Positions 38,571-51,527 of a stretch of DNA of 64,000 nucleotides are shown one piece after another. The DNA is from Leucoraja ocellata. Lineage: Eukaryota. Both the position numbers and the translations under genes were made by a program. Location: the NCBI GenBank assembly GCA_036785375.1, contig JAWMAR010000061.1, forward strand, positions 1,488,001 to 1,552,000, written 5' to 3'. The stretch's first letter is position 1; each line of letters begins with the position of its first letter. The notes beneath the pieces are model-generated. The model was not told the DNA's origin, did no database searches, and saw only the letters and a program-made list of their open reading frames with translations.

Positions 38571-40469
38571 AATACCGTTTTCATTCATCTTGACTGCCAT
38601 TCTCCCAATGCATCTCCCGGGTACAAAGTTCCACAGCTGTGCACCTTTAAAAATCTTTGGGTTCTTATTTGCACTATATCACTGAGAATAAGAAAATCAA
38701 GTCACGAGTCTCATGTACTACCTGTAGGACATTGATATTCTTAGTTGCTGCAGCTTAACAGACCAGCTAACACAATAATGCACAAGAACCAAGAACAGGT
38801 TTGCAAACACATGAATAATACATTAATAACATGATAATCAATATTACTGTAAATTAATAAAAGTAATACAAGGTAACCATAAAAAGTAATACAAGGCAGC
38901 TTTGTCAAAGCCACCATAGCCAGACATAAAAACAGCTTTTTCCATGAGCAGTAGCTCCACTCAATAACCAAAAATCTGTAGCCTCCTTTTACTCTGGTAT
39001 TTTTTTTTAAATTCGCATGTTTAATCGATAATGTTTCATTATTAATGTTTTATGTGTCATTCTTAATTGTCAATGTATGTCGTGATGTCACTTGCGAGCG
39101 GAGCACCAAGGCAAATTCCTTGTATGTGAACATACATGGCCAATCAACTTATCCGTTCATAAAAGTGCAAAAAAAACGAAGTCCATAGTGCCCCCAGAGA
39201 CGTAGAACGTAGAGGGGTTATCCATTAAATGTTCTTATCCTTTTCCACAGATTTGAGAGCACTTCATTAGCTAGGCGAGAATTGAAATCTTATGAAAGCA
39301 AAGCTGTACATATTTATGGTGGTGGCTAATTCACAGCTCATTTGTGCGTAGCAGTGTTACACCAACAGAAACAACACTATTTTTAGACTGTGTTTCCTCA
39401 AGGAAAAGGGTGCAGATACATGCATATTTGTGGGAAGTTTAAAAAAAACCCTCCCTGTACTGAGCTCCATGTACTGTATAATTTTCCAAATATTTTTGAG
39501 GTTTCGGGCTGCTCTATCAAACCTAGACCTATTTCTGAACGCAAACGCTTCTATAATATTTCAGCACGTGGAGCAATTGGTCATTGCTCTCTTGCAGGCG
39601 CAAGAAGCATCTGACCCCAATGACATCTTCTTTGCACATCACTTGGTTAGAGAAGTTAGTTAAATCCTGTAACCAAATTTTCTTGCAATTTAAAAAAAAA
39701 AAGAAAAAAAAAAAAAAGGAACACTGTTGTCTTTGCAACTAATACTCCAATCCCTGCAGATTTCCCACAGCTTTATTTGGAATCTCTCAAAATAGTTGTT
39801 GGTTTCTTTACATGGTTACATAACCGGTCCAAAAAAAATTAAAGGCAATGCTGGTTGGCCTTCCTTGTCTTTGATGTTCTGCATAGCGTGCATTGATGGA
39901 AATGGAAATTGAACTGCGTTATATGTCCCCTCCGACCTCCAGTTAAATCCTTTTTAGTGGCTTTTCTTGCTACTTGTTTTTTTTCCTTTAAAGACCAACC
40001 TTCTCTTCCCCTCCCCATTCCTTCATCTTGTTTTCCTCTTGCCATCTTGACAAGGTTGAAGCGGGATTTGTTGATGATGGCAACTTGGGACAAGTAGTCT
40101 TGCATTTGGGCAAGACCTGAATCAGGTGCAAATACATGCAGGTCGCGATTGAATCCTAGCCCAAAAGATGTTTTGCGTTGTGACTTGTCATTTAAATGCC
40201 AGATATTCATCTGCACAGATGCCTGCAGCAAGTGAGTGCATGCGTCAGCAGCCTGTGAACTCTCTCCCTGCTCCGAGCTCCTCCCTCCCGCTCCTGACCT
40301 GGGAGAAGCCAAGGAGGGTGGGGAGCAGGGAGGGTGTTAACTCCAAGAAGCCTCTCTAATCGTACAATAATAAAATGAAGATATTTTTTTAAACCATGTG
40401 AATCACAGTATTCCCCACTCATATTTCCCATCCCCCATTTCCTGGTCCGAGAACACTGATGCAATTATT

Positions 40470-41070
40470 AAGAAAGCACATCAGCGCCTCTACTTCCTGG
40501 GAAGATTACGGAGAGTCGGTTTGTCAAGGAGGACTCTAACTTCAACAGCTGTACAGTAGAGAGAATGCTGACCGGTTGCATCGTGGCTTGGTTCGGCAAC
40601 TTGAGCGCCCTGGAGAGGAAAAGACTACAAAAAGTAGTAAACACTGCCCAGTCCATCATTGGCTCTGACCTCCCTTCCATCGAGGGGATCTATCGCAGTC
40701 GCTGCCTCAAACAGGCTGGCAGTATCATCAAGGACCCACACCATCCTGGCCACACACTCATCTCCCTGCTACCTTCAGGTAGAAGGCACAGGAGCCTGAA
40801 GACTGCAACAACCAGGTTCAGGAATAGCTACTTCCTCACAGCCATCAGGCTATTAAACTTGGCTTGGACAAAACTCAACATTAATAGCCCATTATCTGTT
40901 ATTTGCTTCTTTATCAGTTTATTTATTCATGTGTGTATATATTTATATAATGGTATATGGACACACTGATCTGTTTTGTAGTCAATGCCTACTATGTTCT
41001 GTTGTGCTGAAACAAAGCACGAATTTCATTGTCCTATAAGGAACATATGACAATAAACTCTCTTGAATAA
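40470..41070 (+). mobile_element. Rex1/Babar 3' fragment
   Basis: LTGCIVAWFGN...RKRLQKVVNTAQ.IIG..LPSI...KDPHHPGH.L..LLPSGRR.RS. Confidence 0.85.
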
Positions 41071-42451
41071 ATAAAAATATTAATTAAAAATAAACTCTCT
41101 TGAATCTCAGGCAAGAGGTACAGGAGTATGCAAATGCCTACCTCCAGATTTAGGGACAGTTTCATCCAAGTCAAGTCAAGTTTATTTGTCACATACACAT
41201 ACGAGATGTGCAGTGAAATGAAAGTGGCAATGCTCGCGGACTTTTGTGCAAAAAGACAAACAACCTATAAACACAATCATAACACACATATACCTTTACA
41301 TAATAAATAATGGAAGGAAAAACGTTCAGTAGAGTTAGTCCCTGGTCCCAGCTGTTGTCAGGCAACTGACCATTCCACCAACAAATAGAGAATTGTCCCG
41401 AGTTACCATCTACCTCATTGGAGACCCTTGGACAATCAGACTTTACTGAACTTTATCTTGCACTAAACGTTATTCCCCTTATCCTGTACCTGTACATTGT
41501 GGACAGCTCTATTGCAATCAGATCGGATTCCCCTCTGGCTTGAGAAGCAGAGGACAGGGTACGATTCAATGCATAATTCAAACATAGACCAACAGACGTA
41601 ATGATATTTCCTGTAACCTGATTGGCATTATTTGAAAAAAGATGCTGAATACTTTTCCTTAAAGTGCTGGAGTAACTCAGTGGGTCAGGCAGCATCCCTG
41701 GAGAACGTGGATAGGTGAAATTGACAGAAGGGTCCCTATCTGTCACTACGTCACCATTTCCATGTTCACCTGGACCAGCTGAGTTACTCCAGCACTTTGA
41801 TTTCTTTTTTAAAGCGGCATGTGCAGTTACTTGTTTTTTACTTTTCCTTGTTGGTTTGCGTGTGCAATTAATTACATTTGTCTCCTGATGATTTGCAGTT
41901 TGCCGCACCAGTCACCAGAAGATTAAAGATGCCATACTTCACAAAAGAGTGTCAGGGTTGACAGAACATGCATATAAAATCCCAAAAGCTGTGTACTTTA
42001 GCACTTCGATTGTCTTGGCGTGTCGCTGGTACTTCAGATAATATTTGAGTGTAATTGAGATGTTACAAGTTATCTCTTTTGATTGCAACGTTTTAAGACT
42101 GGCAGGGATCTGAAAAAGATGTTTTATTTGGATGCTGACCAATACATGAAGTGTGTTCATCAGTGGAATTCATGTTTGTGCATAGAAGATGACACAAAAA
42201 GCTGGAGTAACTCAGCGGGTCAGGCAGCATTTCTGGATAAAAGGATTAGGTGACATTTCGGGTTGACCCTTCTTCAGACTCCATTTTCTCCAGAGATGCT
42301 GCCTGACCCACCGAGCTACTCCAGCTTTTTGTGTCTATCTTCGGTTTAAACCAGCGTTTCAGTTGCTTCCGATACTCTGTGTTCATGCAATGCGTGTATA
42401 GCAAGGAAACATTTGGCCATGTTGGAATCCATAACCTTCGGGAAGTAATTA

Positions 42452-42695
42452 CCCAGGTTCGATCCCGACTACGGGTGCTGTCTGTACAAAGTTTGTACTT
42501 TCACCCCGTGACCACGTGGGTTTTCTCCGAGATCTTTGGTTTCCCCCCACACTCCAAAAGCGTTCAGGTATATAGATAAATTAGCTTGGTCTGAATGCAA
42601 ATTATACTAGTGTGTGTCGGATAGTGTTAATGTGCGGGTGTCGCTGGTCAGTACAGACTCGGTGGGCCAAATGGCCTGTTTCCGCTGTGTATTTC
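42452..42695 (+). mobile_element. tRNA-derived SINE, 5'-truncated
   Basis: Begins at B-box GGTTCGATCC. Confidence 0.72.
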
Positions 42696-44431
42696 TTTGC
42701 CCTACACCATCTAACCTCTTGTTGTAAATCTGTAGTTAAATATTCTATGGTAGACAAAATTGCTGGAAGAAACGTTGCCTATTTCCTTCGCTCCATAGAT
42801 GCTGCCGCACCCGCTGAGTTTCTCCAGCAATTTTGTCTACCTTCGATTCTCCAGCATCTGCAGTTCCTTCTTGAATGTTAAATATTCTATAGTGTTCACC
42901 AATGCATTACCAGTACCCAGACCCCAGGTAGTGTAGCAAACATACCTCTTGATGATAGACGCAAAGTGCTGAAGTAACTCAGCGGGACAGGCAGCATCTC
43001 TGGAGAGAAGGAATGGGTGACATTTTGGGTCGAGACCCTTCCTCAGACTCGACCCAAAACGTCACTTATTCCTTCTCTCCAGAGATGCTCCCTGTCCCGC
43101 TGAGTCACTCCAGCATTTTATGTCTACCTTCGATGTAAACCAGCACCTGCTTCCTATACGTACCCCTTATATGATCTCTGTTTTATTGTGCATGCAGTTT
43201 TCACTTTGAACCATGTGGGAAATGGAGTAAGCTAAAGAATTGATGATGGTTGTAAAGAGGAGCAGTAAATTGCTGGTAACCATGGCACAAAGCGGTTCCT
43301 CTGCTGTCAGGCCTATTGCTCACTGAGAAGGTCTTTGGCAATTAAAATATCCATGACATTGACTTTATGCCATGTAGCCTGTAAATGATCCAGGCTCAGC
43401 CCCCGACACAGCACTCACAAGTGTTCTTTTTTCCAGCCCGTAACAATATTTGCAAAACGATACCACTATCAATTTGCTGGCATTGTTCAATCTCGTTCTC
43501 GGACAGTAAACGTTTGTAATGTGAGCCTGAAAACATAGACAACTTTAGGTCTCGGGAGCCATCTGTCAGTTAAAGCAAACATGTCCATTTGCCCCACACA
43601 TCTCCTTGAGACTTTTAAGGTAGACAAAAGTGTTGGAGCAACTCGGCTTCTATGGAGCAAAGGAAATGGGCAACGTTTCGGGCCGAAACCCTTCTTCAAA
43701 GGAAATATCTTCTCCTTGAGACTTTTCCCCACTCACCTTAATGTTATGCCCTCTAGTCTTTGACATTGCCACCCTGGGGTTGGGTTGGGTGGGGGGGTGG
43801 AATACTTCTGACTGTCTGCCCTATCTTTTTTTTATTTTTTTATTTCAAAATAGACTTTATTCAATTGATAAATATATACAATTCCTGAACCATTCAAACA
43901 AACAGAATTCATCCGACATTTTCGGAGACTATACAAGTTTTTCCAGTACAGTTTTTTTTTTTTTACATTTGTCAAATTTCACCAAACAGTCCCCCACCCG
44001 TGCCACTCTGTGGCCCCTGTCCAAGTAATGCCCTATCTAACTTTACAAACTTCTACCAGGTCTCTCAGCCTCTGAAGCTGCAGAGAAAACAATCCCAAGT
44101 TTGTCCAAGCTCTCTCTCCTTAGAGCTAATACCCAGTAATCCAGGCGTAAATGCATTCTGGTAAATGCTTTGCTTTGTACTGAAGGATTTCAGCTTGCGG
44201 CCTTTGAGAACACTTAAATTGTTTTCATGTCAGTCCCGAGCTAAGGAAGTTGGAGAGGTGGGGTTCCGTACGGCTCTCAGCTGCCAACGATCGGGCAGAA
44301 TTGAAGTGGAATGTGTCTGTGACTAATGATAACAAACATTCTGGTAAACTTGTAGTCAGGATTGGACAATGGTCTCAGATGTGACTTGACTTGCATTTTT
44401 CTGCGCTTGATCTGGTGATGCCTGGATCACT

Positions 44432-44830
44432 TAGAAACATAGAAAATAGGTGCAGGAGTAGGCCATTCACCCTTCGAGCCTGCACTGCCATTCAATATGA
44501 TCATGGCTGATCATCCAACTCAGTATCCTGTACCTGCCTTCTATCCATACACCCTGATCCCTTTAGCCACAAGGGCCACATCTAACTCCCTCTTAAATAT
44601 AGCCAATGAACTGGCCTCGACTATCTTCTGTGGCAGAGAATTCCAGAGATTCACCACTCTCTGTGTGAAAAATGTTTTCCTCATCTCGTTCCTAAAAGAC
44701 TTCCCCCTTATCCTTAAACTGTGACCCCTTGTTCTAGACTTCCCCAACATCGGGAACAATCTTCCTGCATCTAGCCTGTCCAATCCCTTAAGAGTTTTGT
44801 AAGTTTCTATAAGATTCCCCCCTCAATCTT
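44432..44830 (-). mobile_element. CR1-clade LINE 3' end
   Basis: Near-identical to 31654-32050. Confidence 0.88.
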
Positions 44831-45101
44831 GGAATATCTGACGACACATTCCTACACGGGAGTAGACAGACATAACACCGTCATTTCACCTTGTCCCCTC
44901 GTACCTATTCAAACTCTGAACACCTCTTTTCAAGTGAAACGACGACCTGAACTTTTCCCAGTGATATAACATACAATATCATATTTGGAGTTTCTTCTAC
45001 ATTGGTAAGGTCCAATGCAGGTGGGGTCATCTTTCTGAGAACGCCACGACATTAACTAAAAATGTGAGCCTAGGTTTCTGTTTAGCTGTTACTTTAATTC
45101 T

Positions 45102-45400
45102 TCAGACTTTGGAGATACAGCGCGGAATTGGGCACTTCGGCCCCCCCTCACCCGCGTCCGTGCCAACCAGCGATCACCCCGTACACTAACACTATCCTAC
45201 GTACTAGGAGCAATTTTACCGAAGTCAATTAACCTACAATCCTGTACGTCATTGCAGTGTGTGAGGAAACCAGAGCACCCGGAGAAAACCCACTCAGTCA
45301 CATGGGAGAACTTACAAACTCCATACAGACAGCACCCATAGTCAGGATCGAACCCGGGTCTCTGGTGCTGTAAGGCAGCAACTCTCGCTGCACCACCGTT
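45102..45400 (-). mobile_element. tRNA-derived SINE
   Basis: Reverse copy of the SINE family. Confidence 0.78.
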
Positions 45401-46544
45401 CCGCTCAATTCTGTCCCGTTTCATTTTCAATTGCCTTCTGTGCTGGCTCAATGATGTTCAGTGTGAATATGAATACTTCCCCTTTCACTTAACACATCAA
45501 TTTCTAGAATCAAGTTTAAATGTAGCATTTTCACTTTTTATAGCTCTCCATGGCATTTCAGTTTCTTTATTTGTCCCTGAACAATCTTTTTCCAATTCGC
45601 AACTTTTTTTTTTCCCCCCTTCATTTGTATCCTCCTTCCATCCTGCCCCAAATCTCCTACTTTGTTTCTTTCTCCCCATCCTCTTTTCCTGTATTTTAAA
45701 TGTCATATTTCTGATGAAAATGCATCAGCCTGAATCATTAACTTATGCTCTGTACAATAAAGTAGAATTTTCTTTTTACACATTTCATATTTACACCCCA
45801 TTTGAAATATTTCTCAAGGTTTTTTAAGACCATGGAAGGAGAGGAGGGTTGAGAGGGAAAGATAGATCAGCCATGATTGAATGATGGAGTAGACTTGATG
45901 GGCCGAAGGGTGTAATTCTGCTCCTGGGACGTATACATTTATGAAGATGTAGACACTGGGTGAGGGCAGAAATGTATTGCTCATCCTTGCCCCGGGAAGG
46001 TGTGAGGAGCTGTCACCTTTAACCATTGCAGTCCTGCTGAAGGTACTCTCTGGGTCTTTGAGTTGGAATCACCCAGTGACGGTGAAGGACCAGTGTGTAA
46101 CTTGGAGGTGGACCATCCAGTGTTTCCATGTGCCTGTTCCCTTTGCCCTTGTTGATAGGGGCTGCTCACAGTTGAGAAGTGCATTGGGATAGCATTAGAA
46201 ACGTATAAAATAGGTGCGGGAGTAGGCCATTCTGCTCTTCGAGCCCGCACCGCCATTCAATATGATCATGGCTGATCATCCTAAATCAGTACCCCGTTCC
46301 GGCTTTCTCCCCATAACCCTTGATTCCATTAGCCCTAAAAGCTATATCTAACTCTCTCTTGAAAACATCCAGTGAATTGGCCTCCACTGCCTTCTGTGGC
46401 AAAGAATTCCACAGATTCTATGGCTTAAAGGCTTCACGTGAGGTCAAATTGCAAGCAATTTTGCAAACTGAGCTGGAGGTACGGATCGGATTCAGAAACC
46501 CTGCCCAAAAATCGCAACTTTTCCTGAGCAAGATTGAAAAGACT

Positions 46545-46965
46545 AGTCTTGTATTCACTGGAGTTTAGAAGGATGAGGGGTTATCTTATAGAAACATATA
46601 AAAATTATAAAAGGACTGGACAAGCTAGATGCAGGACATTTTTTCCCAATGTTGGACGAGTCCAGAACCAGGGGCCAAAGTCTTAGAATAAAGGCGAGGC
46701 CATTTAAGAGTGAGTTGAGAAAAAACCTTTTCACCCAGAGAGTTGTGAATTTGTGAAATTCCTTGCCACAGAGGGCAGTGGAGGCCAAATCACTGGATGG
46801 ATTTAAGAGAGAGTTAGATAGAGTCTAGGGGCTAGTGGAATCAAGGGATATGGGGAGAAGGCAGGCACGGGTTATTGATTGGGGACGATCAGCCATGATC
46901 GCAATGAATGGTGGCGCTGGCTCAATGGGCCGAATGGCCTCCTCCTGCACCTATTTTTTATGTTT
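46545..46965 (+). mobile_element. CR1-clade LINE 3' end (adjacent inverted copy at 46195-46420)
   Basis: YSLEFRRMRG.LIETY motif and 3' UTR. Confidence 0.8.
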
Positions 46966-48163
46966 TTCCTGCAATAGAGAGCAGTCCCGAGCCTCTGTCT
47001 ATCTCATTGGAGATTCTCGGACTATCTTTCACCAGACTGTACCTTGCTTCTATGTTTCTATGTTTCTAAGTGGCTGTTGTGCCTAAAAGATGGGGGGTTT
47101 TTTGCAATACAAATAAACTCATTTTTATTTATTAAAAAAATGTGAAATTTCTAGAAATGTAAAAATGTGGGTGCCTTCACTGCTGAAGGTGCTCCACGGA
47201 TGTTGTTGTTCCTTTCCGTTCCCCTGTTTCTTGGCCATCCTCTTGCCTTCCTTTTAATTTTCCTCCCACTCATTTAATTTTCTTTTCTGCAAGCTGCCAA
47301 ATAGGAAAACTACTGGACTCCGAAAGCCTCGAATCAGCTGAATCTTCCTTCATCATTGAACATGAACTGTCGTGCTGCTGCTTCATTAAGTTGAATTCTT
47401 TCAGCAAGAATTTTAAAAAAGAACATCCAGTTTGTTGATAAATGAGCTATCCTTTTGATTAATTAGATCAATGAAGCCAGCAAAAAAACTTAAACCACTG
47501 GCACAGTGTTTGTACAGTCCATCAAGCGTCACTGAGATGTAAGCAAAGCAAATAATCTATGTATTGCACCACTGACTAGCATGAAACAAAAGCCTTGATG
47601 TGTCCACTGAGTTTTCTCTATCTTGTGCCTCTACTTAATCACATTTGGCATGGTACTAATTCCCCTAAGAGCAAGATAGTTACAACTTCCAGTGTGAGGA
47701 ATTGTAACAAGGGAAGTTATCTTGACATAGGCTGAGTGGAACCGATAGTTTGAACAGGGATGTTCGCCATAACCCTCCTTTCCCCCCCCACCCCCCCCCC
47801 CCCCCCCCCCCCCCTCACCCTCCCCCCAAATAGATATTTTAATTCCAAATAATTTTATATCATAAATTTAATGAGGCAAGAAGTGAATAAATTACAATGT
47901 GCGCTCTGCAACTCAATACCATTTTGCAAAATAAGATCAACACAAAGTGCTGGAGTAACACAGCGTTTAAGAAGGAACTGCAGATGCTGGAAAATCGAAG
48001 GCAGACAAGTGCTGGAGAAACTCAGCGGGCGCAGCAGCACCAATGGAGCGAAGGAAATAGACAACGTTTTGGGTCGAAACCCTTCTTCAGACTAACACAG
48101 TAGTCAGGTAGCATCTCTGGAAAAAAAGGACGCGGGATGTTTTGAGTAGGGACCCAAAGTCGT

Positions 48164-48191
48164 CTGAAGAAGGGTCCCGACTCGAAACGTC
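48164..48191 (+). ncRNA. Minimal hammerhead ribozyme core (Penelope-type)
   Basis: CUGAAGA-A-GGGU(CCCG)ACUC-GAAA-C-GUC. Confidence 0.55.
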
Positions 48192-48472
48192 GCCCATCCT
48201 TTTTCTCCAGAGATGCTGCCTTGCTGAGTTACTCCAGCACTTGCTGAGTTACTCCAGCACTTTGTGTCTACCTTCAGTATAAACCAACATCTGCAGTTCC
48301 TTTCTACAGATTCTGTAAAATGCAGGAATGGTGAATCTTTCAGAATTTTGTTACATCATTCATCATGATCATTGGCGATCTGTGGAACTTGAGTTTGGTT
48401 GCCCTTGGGGGAAGCTTTAATGGAGATGTGTGGGACAAGTTTTTTTTTTACACGGTGATGGGGGCCTGGAAA

Positions 48473-48476
<4 letters not shown>

Positions 48477-48516
<40 letters not shown>
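48477..48516. repeat. (GT)n microsatellite
   Basis: Read directly. Other TG/TA runs at 15580-15652 and 15870-15908, (TAA)n at 7615-7638 and poly-C at ~47783-47827. Confidence 0.95.
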
Positions 48517-48518
<2 letters not shown>

Positions 48519-49288
48519 GTATACAATAAATTAATAGCTGATTTTAATAAGCAAAGCACAAAAGGATTGTGAATGTTGAAGCCTGAAGAAACGTCACCCA
48601 TTCCTTCTCTCCAGAGATGCTGCCTGTCCCGCTGAGTTACTCCAGCATTTTGTCTCTACCTTTGAAGTAGATGATGTACGTGTGGCCCCCATGTTAAGGA
48701 GGGTTTGGAGGCCACATTGGCGATTCGTCCGTAATATAAAGCTACATCGTCTGCACATACATCACAAAATACGAGTTGTAAAGCAAAATATGTTTTTCTA
48801 TACTTTATCACAAATCACTTGATGAATTTTTGTGAAATTGCTGTCATTTGAACGGCCATAATGCGGAGGTCACTTACTGTTAAATATGAGGTGGTTGGAA
48901 GCTAGTACGTGCAATAATTGGGGGAAATGAAATGCAGCTATGTACATGTGCATACAATTGGATGTTTGAGTTTTGTTGGGACATTCAGTTCCTGGAGTTC
49001 AGGGCCTGGAATGTTTATCTAGTACGTTCCAAGAGAAACAACCCTGTGTGAACGACCTTTTGGTTACCATAGTGATCGGAGTTCAAGGGACACTGGAGGT
49101 CCTTGCACTGTGCAGCACTGACGCCTGAAATTGTCCATGAAAATGTCCGATCACCAGACTGTTGTGAATTAGTAAGATGTTTGCGTGTAACTTGTACTTG
49201 AGAGGATTAAGAATTTCCTGTCCAGCCAGAAGTTTGACAATAGCTATCTAGTTATGGGTACAAACATTGATTTTTGCGCAAAGTATTA

Positions 49289-49773
49289 AAGGCCCTGTCC
49301 CACGATGCGTGTTCACCCAAGAGCTCCCCCGAGTTTAAAAAAGAATACTTTATAATTTACAAACCTGTCTCCAATGATGTATTATTAGTAAATTATTATA
49401 TTCTTCATCATGCCTTTTTTTTCTTTCCCTCTTGCTCTCTTTCTATTTAAAAAAAAAACTAGAAGCAGAGCCAATACACAACTGATAATGTTATTGATAT
49501 ACGACTGATATACATTAAATGTTTTTATTATGATATGTGCTTGCTTCTAATAAAAATATATATATATTTAAAAAATCAAACTCGTGGTAAGTACGTCGGA
49601 GCTCGTAATGCTAACGGCAGGTCCTCGGGAAACGCAGAAACTCATGAAGCTTTTTCAACAGTGTGAAAATTTTCCAAGAGTAAAAAAATATTTGTGATGA
49701 AGCACCATCAGTTTTATTTTATTTTTACACTCGGGAGAGCTCTTGGATAAACTTGCAGCGTGGGACAGGGGCT
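49289..49773. mobile_element. MITE related to 33832-34115 with AT-rich insertion
   Basis: GGCCCTGTCCCACG...CGTGGGACAGGGGC termini, TTA flanks, and shared internal AAATCAAACTCGTGGTAAG and GCTAACGGCAGGT. Confidence 0.72.
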
Positions 49774-50281
49774 TTACTCTCAAGTAGTTGATCACATGTA
49801 CAAAATACTTGGTTTATACAGATCCACCACCGATTTTCCGGCACTCTTGGTTCCACAGCCTATCTGGATTATCCGTTTTGCCAGACCAACAGGATTCACG
49901 GCTTCAGGGTCCGTGATACAGACCCGCAAAGTCGGCCACAGAAGTTGGCTGTAGGAACAGATTGCTTGTGAAGTCCCCCGTAATATATATATCTTGTTAA
50001 AGAAATGTGTTAATTGGTGATTCTTGTTTTAATAGTGTTTTTGTGCTAAATTTCTTACTTTAGCATAAAAGCACTAAGAAAAGAAGGATCAACAATTAGC
50101 ACATTCCTTTAACAAGTTATTTTAACGAGTTAAAATGCACTGCACCTAGTACATTCTTACAGGAGTGGCAATTTTATAGCGCAGAAGAATGGTGGTACTG
50201 TATTTGTATATCACCTTCGAGAAACGTCATCCTCAAGAAAATACAGCAGCGAAGTGTCTCAAACCAGTGTGAGCACCTGGT

Positions 50282-50581
50282 TTAATTTAATTTAGAGATA
50301 CAGCATGGAAACAGGCCCTACGGCCCACTGAGTCCATGCCGATCAGCGATCCCCGCATGCTAGCACCATCTCCTACACTAGGGACAATTTACAGTTATAC
50401 CAAGCCAATTAGACTACAAACCTGTACGTCTTTGGAGTGTGGGAGGAAGCCCGAGATCCCGGAGACGACCCACGGGGAGAACGTACAAACTCCATATACG
50501 CAGCGCCCGTAGTCGGGATCGAACCAGTGGTCTCTGGCGCTGTAAGGCAGCAACTCTACCGCTGCGCCACCGAGCCGCCCT
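50282..50581 (-). mobile_element. tRNA-derived SINE (full length)
   Basis: Reverse strand begins GGGCGGCTCGGTGGCGCAGCGG, with B-box GGTTCGATCC. Confidence 0.82.
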
Positions 50582-51149
50582 TTTAGTTGCAATGGATGGC
50601 AAAGTGGCAAAAATAGTGGTGGAATGTGTATTTGATTGTCCGCATTATCTTTGTTGTAGCCGTTTCAGACACGATTAGAACAATCCGAATAGATTTAACA
50701 CAAGATCCACCTGGCAGACTTTGCTAATTAATGCTAGATCCCTGAATAAGTACGTTTCAGGTTTCAACCTGTAAAGTTGAGTTCATGTTTTGGGTCATTA
50801 AAACTTCGAAAGCCCTGTAATCCAAAACATTGTTGTACTAAACCTTAAGGACGTGACAAAGAGAGTGAATCTGTATTCTTACCTGATACTACAGGCTCGT
50901 GTATTAAGATAGTGTAATATCCTAATAGATGATTTAGAACAATTTGCAATAAATATGTGTAGGAAGGAACTGGAGATGTTGTTTTATACTGAAGATAGAT
51001 ACAAAGTACTGGAATCACTCACCGGGCCAGGCAGCATCTCTGGAGGAAAAGGATGGATGACATTTCGGATCGGAACAGTCTGAAGAAGGATCCCGACCCA
51101 AAATGTCGCCCATCCTTTTTCTGCAGAGATGCTGCCTGACCCGCTGAGT

Positions 51150-51527
51150 AAGGGGTCTTAAGGGGTTGGACAGGCTAGATGCTGGAAGATTGTTCCCGAT
51201 GTTGGGGGAAGTCCAGATAAAGGGGTCACAGTTTGAGGATAAGGGGGAAGTCTTTTAGGACCGAGATTTTTATTTTTTTATTTTTTTTTCCCCCACACAG
51301 AGAGTGGTGAATCTGTGGAATTCTCTGCCACAGAGGGTGGTTGAGGCTATATTTAAGAGGGAGTTAGATGTGGCCCTTGTGGCTAAAGGGATCAGGGGGT
51401 ATGGAGAGAAGGCAGGTACAGGATACTGAATTGGATGCTGAACTGAAGCCATGATCATATTGAATGGCGGTGTAGGCTCGAAGGGCCAAATGGCCTACTC
51501 CTGAACCTATTTTCTATGTTTCTATGT
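51150..51527 (+). mobile_element. CR1-clade LINE 3' end inserted into a Penelope-terminus element
   Basis: The host sequence GCTGAGTAA|CTCCAGCAC is split by the insertion. Confidence 0.82.

Noticed and set aside
39839-40312. 157-aa minus-strand ORF
   Set aside because: No recognisable domain, low-complexity composition and no convincing splice signals.
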